Source: Saccharofermentanales bacterium
Lineage (GTDB): Bacteria > Bacillota > Clostridia > Saccharofermentanales > DTU023
DNA length: 64,000 nucleotides
Direction: 5' to 3'
NCBI GenBank assembly: GCA_050945495.1
Contig: JBMNTA010000006.1
Coordinates: forward strand, 16,178 to 80,177
A program made the position numbers and the translations under genes. Numbering within the stretch: the first letter of the stretch is position 1; each line of letters starts with the position of its first letter. Below are positions 44,015 through 54,064 of the stretch, in pieces. The notes under the pieces were generated by a model. It saw nothing but the letters and a program-made list of their open reading frames with translations. It made no database searches and was not told where the DNA came from.

Positions 44015-45247
44015 TCACGATCGACGAAGCTTCGCGTAGAACGGGATGGCGAGCAACTGCGCCGTGACCGACACGGCGATCATGGCGGGGACGCTCACGT
44101 CGTACAAAACGCCCAAAAGCCAGCTGCCCAAGAAACAGAAGATGCCGAAGGCGCATTCGAAAATGCCGTACCCCGTCGCACGGCTGTGTTTCGGCACCAT
44201 CGTCGACACGGCCGCTTTCAGAATCGATTCCTGCGCCCCCATGCCGATGCCCCACAGCGCGATGCCGACGAGCAGCAGGGGCACCGACGTCGACTGAAAG
44301 ACCAGGATCGCAAACGGCGCGGAGATCGCGGTGGAGACGATCAGCGCCCCCATCCCTCGCTTGTCGTACATCAAACCGAACACCAGGGCGGCGACGGCGT
44401 CGACCAGCATGGCGCCCGCATACAGCAACGGCAAGGATCCCGTCGAGACGAGCGCCGTCGTCTCCGAGAGCCCCCCGCCCAAGGCCGTGAACGTGCGCGA
44501 GACATGCATGATCACGATGGCGTAGTCGACAAAACCGAACGCGAACAGGCTGATGCCGACGATGTAATACACGAAATGTTTTTGCATTTTAAAGGGCTCG
44601 TACACCGTGGGCGACGGCTCGAACCGATCGGGGTTCGGAAACTTTCGACGCGTCAACACCAAAAGGATCAGCGTGATCGCGCCGGGGATCGCCAAATACA
44701 AAAAGCAGCGCGCGTAGATCTCAAAGGTCGTCCCCTCGGTCCGGAAGAGCATGACGACGTAGAGCAAGACCGGCCCCAAAAAGGCGCCGAATTGGTCCAA
44801 CACTTCTTGGATCGCAAAACTCTTGCCGATGCCCTCCTGCGTCGCGGCAAACGACATCACGGTGTCTTTGGCGGGCTTCTTGATGGCCTTGCCCATCCGC
44901 TGAACGATCAAGAGCACGCAGGCCGCGATCCAGCCGTTCTCCCCGACGAGGGCCAGGGCCGGCACGGCGACGATGTCCAAGACGTAGCCCGCGATCACCA
45001 TCGGCCAGTACTTACGCGTTTTATCGGTCATTTTCCCAAACACGTACCGCATGGAATAGCCGATGAGCTCTCCCAAGCCGGAGACGAACCCGATGGTCGC
45101 CGCCGAGGCCCCGAGCAGCGAATAATACGCGCCGCGGATGCTGGCGGCCCCTTCATGCGTCATGTCGGAAAACAGGCTCACCAGCCCGAAGAGCAGGATG
45201 AACACCATCGCTTGAGACCGATGTTTTTTCTTGGGCGTGGGTTGCAT
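44015..45247 (-). CDS. MFS transporter
   Basis: 410 aa, 12 TM, with an MFS-type loop GKMTDKTRKYW between TM2 and TM3. Confidence 0.85.
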   Translation of the reverse strand: MQPTPKKKHRSQAMVFILLFGLVSLFSDMTHEGAASIRGAYYSLLGASAATIGFVSGLGELIGYSMRYVFGKMTDKTRKYWPMVIAGYVLDIVAVPALALVGENGWIAACVLLIVQRMGKAIKKPAKDTVMSFAATQEGIGKSFAIQEVLDQFGAFLGPVLLYVVMLFRTEGTTFEIYARCFLYLAIPGAITLILLVLTRRKFPNPDRFEPSPTVYEPFKMQKHFVYYIVGISLFAFGFVDYAIVIMHVSRTFTALGGGLSETTALVSTGSLPLLYAGAMLVDAVAALVFGLMYDKRGMGALIVSTAISAPFAILVFQSTSVPLLLVGIALWGIGMGAQESILKAAVSTMVPKHSRATGYGIFECAFGIFCFLGSWLLGVLYDVSVPAMIAVSVTAQLLAIPFYAKLRRS

Positions 45248-45312
45248 GGCGCCTGCCTTGACTCCCTCCGATCGCGTGCCGCGTCCGACGTCACGGCCGG
45301 ATCAACATCCGT

Positions 45313-45843
45313 TTATGCGAGCGATGCCAAGAACGCATCCATGCCGCGGCGGAGGTACTTCTCCGTGTCCGCGTCGGTGCATTCGCCGTCCGGCGTAAAC
45401 TGACGGTCGACGTGCGCCACTTGCACTTGCGTCGGAAACACGTCGGCTCCGACCCCCGGGGAATTCAAGATTTGCAGGAGATGGATCTGGCTTCGAAGCG
45501 TTCCGAAACGCCCCGTGCTGCCGCCCACGAGATAGACGGGCTTGTCTTTCAGGGCGCGGACGCCGCGCGAGGCCCAGTCGAGCAAGTTCTTCAAGACGCC
45601 CGGCATCGAATGGTTGTATTCGGGGGCGATCATCACGACGCCGTCCGCCGCGTCAAACAGGCGACGCATCTCATGGATCGCCTCCGGCGGGTCGTCCTCG
45701 ATGTCTTGGTTGTACATCGGAATCGATTTCAAGGGAAAATGCGTGATGTCCGCTTGCTCCCCGTACTGCGCTTCGAACCAACGCGCGATCTTTTTGTTGT
45801 TCGATTGTTCGCTGATGCTTCCGGTTAAAATCACAATGTTCAT
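45313..45843 (-). CDS. NADPH-dependent FMN reductase
   Basis: MNIVILTGSISEQSNNKK, APEYNHSMPGVLKNLLDW. 176 aa flavodoxin-like fold. Confidence 0.85.
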   Translation of the reverse strand: MNIVILTGSISEQSNNKKIARWFEAQYGEQADITHFPLKSIPMYNQDIEDDPPEAIHEMRRLFDAADGVVMIAPEYNHSMPGVLKNLLDWASRGVRALKDKPVYLVGGSTGRFGTLRSQIHLLQILNSPGVGADVFPTQVQVAHVDRQFTPDGECTDADTEKYLRRGMDAFLASLA

Positions 45844-45926
45844 GGTGTCCTCCCATTTTTACAGAATAACGCACGGTGATGCTTTTATGGTACGCGAACC
45901 CGGCGGTGCGTGTCGTACCGTGCGCA

Positions 45927-45955
45927 TTGCGGAGCGCGCCCGCGACTGATATACT
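45927..45955 (+). promoter_or_regulatory. candidate promoter TTGCGG-17 nt-TATACT for the membrane-protein trio
   Basis: TTGCGG 45927-45932 and TATACT 45950-45955. SD AAAGGAG follows almost immediately, then ATG 45971. Confidence 0.4.
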
Positions 45956-45970
45956 TCGACGACAAAGGAG

Positions 45971-47074
45971 ATGATCGCTTTGGCCGATACGTATGCGTCA
46001 GATCACAGCCTTTATTTGCAACGAGCGTTCTTTTTGGTGGCTCATACGTTCACCCATTTCGCGGTGGATTTCGCCTGTTACTTTGTCTTGATGTCCAACC
46101 GATGGACGGCCCCGTGGCCTTACGTCGCCCTGGTCTACGTCACGATCGCCTTCGGCACGCAACTCCTGATCGGGATGGCGGCCGATCGCTTCCCGAAGCT
46201 TCCCGTGGCCTGTGCGGGCATCGCCCTCATCGCGGCCGTGCTGATCCGACGGGTCATCGTCGGCCCCGACGCCGTCATGCCCCTTGCGGGCCTGATCGTC
46301 ATGGCCGCGGGCAACGCATTGTTTCATGCGTATGCGGGACGGTCCGTTCTGAAGCACCACACGTGGACCGCCAACGGCATTTTCAACGGCGCCGGCGGAT
46401 TCGGGCTCGTGTTGGGCACGTACATGGGACTCCAACGTCTGCCGTATGCCGTGCCCCTCGTGATCGCCCTGATCGCCGCCGCCATCGAAGCCGCGGTCAT
46501 CGTTCAATGCGCGCGCGGGACCCTCGTCTTGACCGAACACGATCGAACGAGCGCACCCGATCGGTACACGCTGCGCGATGCGGGAACGGGCGGGTGGCTT
46601 GCCGCCGTGCTCGTCACCTTGGCGGCCTCCGTGGTCACCGAATGGGTCCTGCAGTGGTCGACGCCCGCCGTGGATCCTCAACACGGGACGTACCTCATCG
46701 TCGGCGCGATGGTCTGGGGATTTAAGATCGTGGGATCCCGTGTCTTTGAACGCGCCCACCGCCCGTGGCACATCGTCGGGGTGACGGGGCTTTGTTGGAT
46801 CCTGACGCTCCTGTCGCCCGGGTGGCCGCCCCTTTGCTGGATCGCCTTCGCGCTCATCATTTCCATCAATTTGATCCCGCTTTACGGGTTCAAATATGCC
46901 TTCCCGAAGCGCCCCGGATTCGCGTTCGGGCTCAATAAACTCGGCCTGACGATCGCGTTTTTGCTGTTGTTTATGGGAAGGACCCACACGCGACATATGG
47001 TCGCCATCACATGTCTGTTGATCTTGTCGATCCTTGCGGTCGTCTTGACTCAACGCAAAGGAGCGGATGCCTGA
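45971..47074 (+). CDS. polytopic membrane protein, unknown family (weakly MFS-like loop)
   Basis: 367 aa, ~10 TM. LLIGMAADRFPKLP is reminiscent of MFS motif A. No confident family. Confidence 0.6.
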   Translation: MIALADTYASDHSLYLQRAFFLVAHTFTHFAVDFACYFVLMSNRWTAPWPYVALVYVTIAFGTQLLIGMAADRFPKLPVACAGIALIAAVLIRRVIVGPDAVMPLAGLIVMAAGNALFHAYAGRSVLKHHTWTANGIFNGAGGFGLVLGTYMGLQRLPYAVPLVIALIAAAIEAAVIVQCARGTLVLTEHDRTSAPDRYTLRDAGTGGWLAAVLVTLAASVVTEWVLQWSTPAVDPQHGTYLIVGAMVWGFKIVGSRVFERAHRPWHIVGVTGLCWILTLLSPGWPPLCWIAFALIISINLIPLYGFKYAFPKRPGFAFGLNKLGLTIAFLLLFMGRTHTRHMVAITCLLILSILAVVLTQRKGADA

Positions 47075-47274
47075 TGTTAAATTTTTTCCGTTACGTCATG
47101 GACGTGATTCCGTATGATCCCGATCCGGCCCCCCTGCCGACGCCCCCGGGCGCCACGGGCAGTTCGACCGTCGGCATATTGGCGTGGCCGTTCATCGTGC
47201 TGGGCGTGGTCGTCTTGGCGGCCGTCATCGCCATCATCGTCATCGCCGCGAAGCGCAAGACCCCCGCGGCCTAA
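47074..47274 (+). CDS. small Pro-rich single-TM protein
   Basis: MLNFFRYVMDVIPYDPDPAPLPTPPGATG...VVVLAAVIAIIVIAAKRKTPAA. The ATG overlaps the upstream stop (TGATG), with GGAG upstream. ORF track 47011..47274 trimmed. Confidence 0.45.
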   Translation: MLNFFRYVMDVIPYDPDPAPLPTPPGATGSSTVGILAWPFIVLGVVVLAAVIAIIVIAAKRKTPAA

Positions 47275-47657
47275 TGAACGAACGTGTGCTCCGCCCCCGG
47301 CGGAGCACGCGCACCCTTGTACGCGACATGGGCATTCTCAAAGCGTTCCTATGGACCGTCGTGATCGAGATGAGCGCGATGACCCTCTTTTCGCGCGAGA
47401 AGGATGCCTACCTCATCTGCTTTCTGGCGAACGTCGCAACGAACCTCACCTTAAACGCCATCCTCTTGGGACTCGACGTCGGCGCCGGCGTCGAGATTCG
47501 GTATTTCGATGTCTGGCCCGCCGAAGCGGCGATCGTCGCAATCGAGGCCTTCATCTACCGCCGCGCCCTCGCGTGGCGCCGCCCGAAAGCGTGGGGGGCC
47601 TCCTTCGTCCTCAACGCCCTGTCGTACCTCATCGGCGCCCGGATCATGGCCCGATAA
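47274..47657 (+). CDS. four-TM membrane protein with intramembrane Glu/Asn residues, unknown family
   Basis: The ATG overlaps the upstream stop (TAATG). TMs contain VVIEMS, ANVATNLTLN, AEAAIVAIEAF, VLNALSY. An alternative start is MGILKAF. Confidence 0.5.
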   Translation: MNERVLRPRRSTRTLVRDMGILKAFLWTVVIEMSAMTLFSREKDAYLICFLANVATNLTLNAILLGLDVGAGVEIRYFDVWPAEAAIVAIEAFIYRRALAWRRPKAWGASFVLNALSYLIGARIMAR

Positions 47658-47683
47658 AAAAGGCCGCGGCGACGACCGCGACC
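47656..47683 (-). terminator. hairpin terminator after tRNA-Arg (also abuts the end of the plus-strand trio)
   Basis: Minus strand GGTCGCGGTCGTCGCCGCGGCC (imperfect GC stem), followed by TTTTTT. Confidence 0.6.
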
Positions 47684-47690
47684 TAACGTT

Positions 47691-47765
47691 TGGCGTCCCA
47701 GGCAGGAATTGAACCCGCATCCGCAGCTCCGGAGGCTACTGTCTTATCCATTGGACGACTGGGAC
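47691..47765 (-). tRNA. tRNA-Arg (anticodon CCG), encoded CCA
   Basis: Minus strand GTCCCAG...GTAGC-CTCCGGA-GCTGC...GGGTTCAATTCC...CTGGGAC-G-CCA. 75 nt. Confidence 0.9.
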
Positions 47766-47811
47766 GTAAGCGCCCTCTATATTAGTGGATCCCCTTCAAA
47801 AAGACAAGATA

Positions 47812-50800
47812 TCACGCGGTCGGGCGTTCCGACGCGGCAAACAAATCGCTCAGAATCCGCGGCGTGTCGGCCGTGCGCTCGGCGGCGTCGCGGACGACGA
47901 TCATGGGACGGTGTCCCGCCTTGAACGTGAGCGGGTGGCGCCGGTCGCCCGCGGCGATGACGCGCCCGATGTCGTCCATGTCGGCATCGTCGGCCAAGAT
48001 CAACTCGACATCGTCGCCGTGCGCTCGGATGCGGCTGAACCCCGTGCGCTCGCCGAACGCGCGAATGTAGGCGATGTCAAGCAGCGATCGGACGTTTTTC
48101 GGCGGTTCGCCGTAGCGGTCGAGGAGCTCGTCGTAGACGTCGCGATGATCTTCGATGGTCTCGATCGAGGCGATGCGGCGATAAAGGTCGAGGCGCTCCT
48201 CCCCTTCGCGGACGTACGTTTCGGGCAAGGTCGCGTCGACCACGAGGTCGACCACCGTCTCGCGTTTCGGCGCCGGGGCCCGGCCCGTCTTCGCTTCGGT
48301 CACGGCTTCGTCGAGCATCTTCGTGTAAAGGTCGTATCCGATGTTTTCGAGATGGCCGCTCTGTTCGGCACCCAAGAGGTTGCCCGCCCCGCGCACTTCC
48401 AAGTCACGAAGCGCGATCTGGAAGCCGGAGCCCAATTCCGTGAAATCGCGGATGGCGGCCAAGCGCTTTTGCGCCGCCTCGCCGATGGTGCGTTCCGGGT
48501 CGTACGTGATGAGCGCGTACGCCTGGCGCCCCGAGCGCCCGACGCGTCCGCGCAACTGATACAGCTGCGCGAGGCCGAAGCGGTCGGCGTCCTCGACGAT
48601 CAAGGTGTTGACGCGCGGCATGTCGATGCCCGACTCGATGATCGTGGTGCAGACGAGCACATCGTACGCCCCGTCCAGGAAGGCTTCGATCACGCTTTCC
48701 AAGCGCCGTTCCGACATGCGCCCGTGGGCGACGCCGAAACGCACGCCGGGGAGTTTCTGTTCGAGTTCGATCGCTTTTCGATCGATCTTATACGTGTTGT
48801 TGTAGAGGTAAAAGACTTGCCCGTGACGTGCCTGCTCGCGCAAGATGGCCTCCAAAATGAGGTCTTCGTCGTACTCGGCGACCACCGTTTGGATCGGCAG
48901 GCGATCTTCGGGACCCTCCTCCAAGAGGGAGATGTCGCGGATGCCCGACAGCGAGAGATGCAGTGTTCGCGGAATGGGCGTCGCCGTGAGCGTCAAGACG
49001 TCGACCGCGGGCGTCAGGGCTTTGATCATTTCTTTGTGATCGACGCCGAAGCGCTGCTCTTCGTCGATGACCAAGAGCCCCAGATCCTTGAAGGTCACAT
49101 CCTTCGACAACAACCGATGCGTCCCGATGACGATGTCGACCCGCCCCTCGGCGAGATCCCGAACGGTCTGGCGCTGCGACTCCGGCGACTCGAACCGCGA
49201 GAGCTGGCGGACGCGGACGGGAAAGTTGCCGATGCGCTCCGAAAGCGTCTCGTAATGCTGGCGCACCAAGACGGTCGTGGGGGCGAGCAGCGCCGCCTGT
49301 TTGCCGTCCATGACGCACTTAAAGAGCGCGCGGAAGGCGACCTCGGTTTTCCCGAATCCGACATCGCCGCACACCAGCCGATCCATGACTTTGGTACTCT
49401 CCATGTCGCGCTTGATCTCCTCGATCGCGCGGAGCTGATCCTCCGTCTCCTCGTACGGGAAATCCATCTCGAACGCTTGTTGCCACGGCGTGTCGGGACC
49501 GAAGGCATGCCCTTCGATCTTGCGGCGTTCGGCATAGAGCGCCGTGATGTCCGTGACCAATTGTTTGATCGAATCGCGCGCCCGCGCTTTTTGGCGCCGC
49601 CATTCCGTGCCGCCCATTTTCGCGAGCTTCGGCCGCGCATCGCCGACGGGTATGTACGGCGAGAGCAGCTCGATGCGATCGACCGGCAGATGGAGCAGGC
49701 CGTCGCGATACACGACGGTGAGGTAGTCGCGGGCGCCGTCGGACGTGATGATCGATTCGGTGCCCTCGTAACGGCCGACGCCGTAGTCCTCATGGACGAC
49801 GAGGGCCCCCGGAACGAGGTTGCTGAAGAACACATCGCGGCGGGCACGCCGTTTTTTGCGCGATCGCCGTCGATCGACGCCGTAGAGGTCCTCGGATCCG
49901 ACGACAAAGAGGCCCGTCGCATCGGCGACGAAGCCGCGCGGCAAAGCATTCGGCGACACGATCGCCGTCAAGATGTTGTTTTCGGTCAAGAATTGGGTCA
50001 GCCGTTCGGCCCGCGCCTCATTGCCGGCATACAGCACGGCCACGCCGCCCGCCCCAAGGGCCGCTTCGATGTGGTCGGACAACCGATCGAAGCGGCCGCG
50101 ATAGCGCTCGGATGCGCGAGCGCGCCACGTGACGGTCTCGGCCTCGGGCAGGCCGTTGCCGGACGAGGGCATGTCGACCAAGGCAATCAGCGGGCGCTTG
50201 CGATCGATCGCGCGAAAGACCTCCGCGGGACGCATCTGACATTCGGCGGCGATCGGGAAGGCGTCGCCGCGCTCCATGTGTTGCGTCACGCGCGCCGCAA
50301 ACCCCGCGTGTGCCGCATCCATGCGCCGCGAGAACGTCAGCGGCTCATCCAAATAAAAGGCGTCGACGCCGTCGCCGAGGTAATCGATGACGGTGTACGG
50401 CGTCGGTTCCAAAAACGGGAGCCAGCGATCGAGCGACGGAAAGAAAGTGTGGGCTTCGAAGCGCTCGATGTCGCGTTCGCCGGACGTGACGAGGCGCCGG
50501 ACGGCTTCCGGTTCGAGCCCGCGACGCACGGCGTCGGCGCGCTCGGCGTCAACCCACGGGGGCAAGGCGTCCGCCATCTTATCCCACTCCTCCGGCAAAA
50601 GCACGACGTCGCGCGCCGGCGGAATCACCGCGTGCTCGATCGGGGCGATCGAGCGCTGACTTTCGGGATCCAGCGTTTTCAGTTCATCGATGTCGACATC
50701 GAAAAAGGACAGACGGAGGGCCCGCACGTCCCCTTTGTGCGTCCCCGACGGCCAAATGTCCAGAATATCGCCGCGACGGGCGTATTGGCCGGGGCATTCG

Positions 50801-51318
50801 ATCAACGGCACCCGCTCGTAGCCCGCGTGCACCAAGCGGCGTTCGAGGGTCTCGGGCGCGAGCGTCGCTCCGAGACGGAGCTCGATCATCGCCCGCGCGA
50901 AGACGTCCGGCGCGCGGAGACGCTGCAGCGCCGCATCCGCGGGCACAATCAGAAAGCGGACGTCGCCCGCAAGCAGCTCGGTCAACACGGCCGCGCGCTC
51001 GAGCGCGACGTCGCGACTGACCGCCTGCGCATCGTAGAGCGACCATTCGCGGCCGTGAAACGTGACGATGTCTTCGGGATCGACGAAGGCCGAAAGCGCC
51101 TCGCGCGTGATGCGGGCACGCGCTTCGTCCGGCACGAACAGCACCGAACGTCGCCGTTCGCCGAACGCGGCCACAAGAAAGCTCTTGGCCGCATCGGCCA
51201 TGCCGACCGCGTTGGCGCGTCCGCCGCGCCGCAGGACATCGTCCAAAGCGCGGCCGACGTCGGCCCGCAAAAAACGTTCTGTCAGAGCTTGCATGGCGGC
51301 ATCGGCCACGACGTTCAC
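47812..51318 (-). CDS. mfd: transcription-repair coupling factor
   Basis: 1168 aa. UvrB-homology N-region, CarD/RID domain (GALVVHEDYGVGRY), superfamily-2 helicase motifs (VCGDVGFGKTEVA, DEEQRFG), TRG and C-terminal D7. Confidence 0.95.
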   Translation of the reverse strand: MNVVADAAMQALTERFLRADVGRALDDVLRRGGRANAVGMADAAKSFLVAAFGERRRSVLFVPDEARARITREALSAFVDPEDIVTFHGREWSLYDAQAVSRDVALERAAVLTELLAGDVRFLIVPADAALQRLRAPDVFARAMIELRLGATLAPETLERRLVHAGYERVPLIECPGQYARRGDILDIWPSGTHKGDVRALRLSFFDVDIDELKTLDPESQRSIAPIEHAVIPPARDVVLLPEEWDKMADALPPWVDAERADAVRRGLEPEAVRRLVTSGERDIERFEAHTFFPSLDRWLPFLEPTPYTVIDYLGDGVDAFYLDEPLTFSRRMDAAHAGFAARVTQHMERGDAFPIAAECQMRPAEVFRAIDRKRPLIALVDMPSSGNGLPEAETVTWRARASERYRGRFDRLSDHIEAALGAGGVAVLYAGNEARAERLTQFLTENNILTAIVSPNALPRGFVADATGLFVVGSEDLYGVDRRRSRKKRRARRDVFFSNLVPGALVVHEDYGVGRYEGTESIITSDGARDYLTVVYRDGLLHLPVDRIELLSPYIPVGDARPKLAKMGGTEWRRQKARARDSIKQLVTDITALYAERRKIEGHAFGPDTPWQQAFEMDFPYEETEDQLRAIEEIKRDMESTKVMDRLVCGDVGFGKTEVAFRALFKCVMDGKQAALLAPTTVLVRQHYETLSERIGNFPVRVRQLSRFESPESQRQTVRDLAEGRVDIVIGTHRLLSKDVTFKDLGLLVIDEEQRFGVDHKEMIKALTPAVDVLTLTATPIPRTLHLSLSGIRDISLLEEGPEDRLPIQTVVAEYDEDLILEAILREQARHGQVFYLYNNTYKIDRKAIELEQKLPGVRFGVAHGRMSERRLESVIEAFLDGAYDVLVCTTIIESGIDMPRVNTLIVEDADRFGLAQLYQLRGRVGRSGRQAYALITYDPERTIGEAAQKRLAAIRDFTELGSGFQIALRDLEVRGAGNLLGAEQSGHLENIGYDLYTKMLDEAVTEAKTGRAPAPKRETVVDLVVDATLPETYVREGEERLDLYRRIASIETIEDHRDVYDELLDRYGEPPKNVRSLLDIAYIRAFGERTGFSRIRAHGDDVELILADDADMDDIGRVIAAGDRRHPLTFKAGHRPMIVVRDAAERTADTPRILSDLFAASERPTA

Positions 51319-51893
51319 CGACCTCTGTGATTGTAGCGTTCTTGCGCCGATTGAAGGTGCCCGGTCACGATGCGCGTCAGTGCGTCGGACGCATCGTCCA
51401 ACGCTTCCTCAAGGACGGCCTCCTGCCGACGCGAGATTTTGGACAAGACAAACGCGATGGTGTCATCCGATGGCGGCGCACCGATGCCAATGCGCACGCG
51501 CGGAAAATCTTGCGATTGCAAATGCTGAATCACGGATTTCATGCCGTTGTGCGAGCCGGCGCTGCCCTGCTCGCGGATGCGCAAGCGCCCCAACGGCAGA
51601 TCGAAATCGTCGTACACGATGATGATGCGATCGAGCGGCGTGCGCTCGAAGTTTGCCGCACGGGCCACGCTTTCGCCGGAACGGTTCATGTACGTGTTGG
51701 GCAGAAGCAGGCGTACCCGTTCGCCGTCCACACGTCCCGTCCCCGTCAATCCGCGAAAACGATGGCGCCGGATCGGAATGGCGTGTTGCTCCGCAAACCG
51801 CTCCACGGCCATGCGACCGACGTTGTGCCACGTCTTCTCGTAACGCGGGCCGGGGTTGCCGAGTCCCACGATCAGCCAACCGGCATCCGTCAT
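51315..51893 (-). CDS. pth: peptidyl-tRNA hydrolase
   Basis: LIVGLGNPGPRYEKTWHNVG, DDFDLPLGRLRIR, GSAGSHNGMKS. 4-nt overlaps with both neighbours. Confidence 0.95.
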   Translation of the reverse strand: MTDAGWLIVGLGNPGPRYEKTWHNVGRMAVERFAEQHAIPIRRHRFRGLTGTGRVDGERVRLLLPNTYMNRSGESVARAANFERTPLDRIIIVYDDFDLPLGRLRIREQGSAGSHNGMKSVIQHLQSQDFPRVRIGIGAPPSDDTIAFVLSKISRRQEAVLEEALDDASDALTRIVTGHLQSAQERYNHRGR

Positions 51894-52774
51894 CCGACCA
51901 CCTCCCCGGCATCGTCATCCGGCAAAAACGACTGCTGCGTGCCCGCGATCGCCCGCGGCGCGAGCGGCGGGTGCTCCCGAGCGAAACAAAAGGGCTCCGC
52001 GCACGTATAACGCGGTGATGCCTTAATGATGTAATCACGTCCTACCTTCGCGCCTTCGCGCGCCAATGTGTCCATGACGGTCGAAAGCGCCAGATACGGG
52101 CGATTGTTTTCTTCGGAAAGGTGCGACAACGCAAAGGCCTCCGTCCCATGCCGGAGCAGATCGACGGCGGCCGCGCCCGCATCGAAATTCGACAGATGCC
52201 CTTCCCGCGACGCGATCCGACGTTTGAGATGTCGCGGGTACGACCCCGTCTCCAGCATCTCGGGGTCGAAATTGGCTTCGAGATGCACGATTTTGCAGCC
52301 CGACAACGCCGCGCGCACATCGTCCGAAAAATAGCCGAGGTCGGTCGCGATCCCGATGTCGCCGTCGTCCGTGTGAATCCGGAAACCCAAAGGATCGATG
52401 GCGTCGTGTGGGGTTGAAAAGGGAGTAATGACGGTATCGCGCACGGCAAACGGCGTGCCCGCCTCAATGAAATGAATGAGCGATTCGTCCACGCGGCCGA
52501 GCATGCCCTTCACCTCTCGGTACGTCCATCGCGTCACGTAGAGCGGGATGCGATGGCGTCGCATGACGACGCCCAGTCCCGAACAATGGTCCGCGTGCTC
52601 GTGCGTCAGGAGAATGGCATCGATGTCATCGGCGTGCTCGCCGATCGATTCCAGCGCGTCGGCGAATCGGCGGCCCGACAGGCCGACGTCGACGGCCAGG
52701 CGTGCCGACGGCGTCCGAACGAACGTCGCATTGCCGCTCGAACCCGATCGCAATGAAACAGACAGCGCACGCAT
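51890..52774 (-). CDS. MBL-fold metallo-hydrolase (YycJ/WalJ-like)
   Basis: SGSSGNATFV, LLTHEHADHCSGLG (HxHxDH). 294 aa including a ~40-aa C-terminal tail. Confidence 0.8.
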   Translation of the reverse strand: MRALSVSLRSGSSGNATFVRTPSARLAVDVGLSGRRFADALESIGEHADDIDAILLTHEHADHCSGLGVVMRRHRIPLYVTRWTYREVKGMLGRVDESLIHFIEAGTPFAVRDTVITPFSTPHDAIDPLGFRIHTDDGDIGIATDLGYFSDDVRAALSGCKIVHLEANFDPEMLETGSYPRHLKRRIASREGHLSNFDAGAAAVDLLRHGTEAFALSHLSEENNRPYLALSTVMDTLAREGAKVGRDYIIKASPRYTCAEPFCFAREHPPLAPRAIAGTQQSFLPDDDAGEVVG

Positions 52775-52776
52775 CG

Positions 52777-54045
52777 CTAGTCGTCGATGATTTGGATGTT
52801 GGCGCCCAATCCGGTCAATTTTTGAACAAAGAGCTCGTAACCGCGTTCGATGCGCCCGATGTCCATGACAACGGTGCGCCCCTTGGCGGCCAATCCGGCC
52901 ATAACCATGGCCGCGCCCGCGCGCAGATCGCGCGCCTTGACGCGGGCGCCCGTCAGTTTCGCGCCGCCCTGAATGACGAGCAAGCGGCCCGATGTGATGA
53001 TGTTGGCCCCCATCATGCGGAGTTGGTCGACGTATTGGAAGCGATTTTCCCAGACGTTTTCGATCATGCGACCCGTCCCCTCCGCGACCGCGAGCAAGAC
53101 CGTCGTCTGCGGTTGCAAATCGGTCGGAAAACCGGGGTACGGCATGGTGCGGAAGGTGGTCGACTTCAAGGTCGCGCCGTCTTTCATATAACAGCGAATC
53201 GAGTCCTCGTCTTCTTCGACGGTGACGCCCATCTCCACGAGTTTGGCCGACAACGGCTCCATGTGCTTCGGAATGACGCCTTCGACGGTGATGTCCCCGC
53301 CGGTCAACGGCGCCATGATCATGTACGTTCCCGCCTCGATCTGATCGGGAATGACGGCGTACTCCAAATTCCCCGGCAACGTCGGACGTCCGTTGATGCG
53401 AATGACGTCCGTGCCGGCTCCGCGGATGTCGGCGCCCATGGCATTCAGGAAGTTGGCGGCATCGACGACGTGCGGCTCACGGGCCGCGTTGTCGATGATC
53501 GTGCGCCCCTTGGCCTTCGATGCGGCGATCATGATGTTCACCGTCGCACCGACGCTGACCGTATCGAGGAAGATGCTTCCCCCGACCAATTCACCTTCCG
53601 TGGCGCACGACACGATGCCGTGCCCGATGGTGGTGGTGGCGCCCAGGGTCTCGAAGCCCTTCAGGTGCAAGTCGATCGGACGCACGCCGAAGTCGCAACC
53701 GCCCGGCATGCGCAGCGACACTTGGCCGAAACGACCGAGCATCGCACCCATCAAATAAAACGAACCGCGCAATTTGGTCACACGGTCATGCAAGACCTCA
53801 TGCGACGTGATGGTTCGCGGATCCAGGCGAACTTTGCCGGGGCCCAAATGTTCCACGGTGGCCCCGATATCCTTGAATAATTGGAGCATGACGTCAATGT
53901 CCGTGATCGCGGGTAAATTCTCAATGACGCACGGGCCGTCCGCGACCATCGCCGCCGACAACACCGCCAGCGACGCGTTCTTCGAACCGCCGATGCGAAC
54001 ATGCCCGCAAAGGGGCTGACCGCCCTCAATCAAGTAACTGCCCAA
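52777..54045 (-). CDS. murA: UDP-N-acetylglucosamine 1-carboxyvinyltransferase
   Basis: GGSKNASLAVLSAA and the active-site loop LRMPGGCDFGVRPIDLH. 422 aa. Confidence 0.95.
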   Translation of the reverse strand: MGSYLIEGGQPLCGHVRIGGSKNASLAVLSAAMVADGPCVIENLPAITDIDVMLQLFKDIGATVEHLGPGKVRLDPRTITSHEVLHDRVTKLRGSFYLMGAMLGRFGQVSLRMPGGCDFGVRPIDLHLKGFETLGATTTIGHGIVSCATEGELVGGSIFLDTVSVGATVNIMIAASKAKGRTIIDNAAREPHVVDAANFLNAMGADIRGAGTDVIRINGRPTLPGNLEYAVIPDQIEAGTYMIMAPLTGGDITVEGVIPKHMEPLSAKLVEMGVTVEEDEDSIRCYMKDGATLKSTTFRTMPYPGFPTDLQPQTTVLLAVAEGTGRMIENVWENRFQYVDQLRMMGANIITSGRLLVIQGGAKLTGARVKARDLRAGAAMVMAGLAAKGRTVVMDIGRIERGYELFVQKLTGLGANIQIIDD

Positions 54046-54064
54046 GATAACCTCTTTTCATTGT

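Noticed and set aside
47785-51330. 1181-aa ORF on the plus strand, the longest ORF in the window
   Set aside because: It is exactly antisense to mfd, which has unmistakable TRCF helicase/CarD motifs. The plus-strand translation is Arg/Asp/His/Gly-rich with no motif, typical of a GC-driven shadow ORF.
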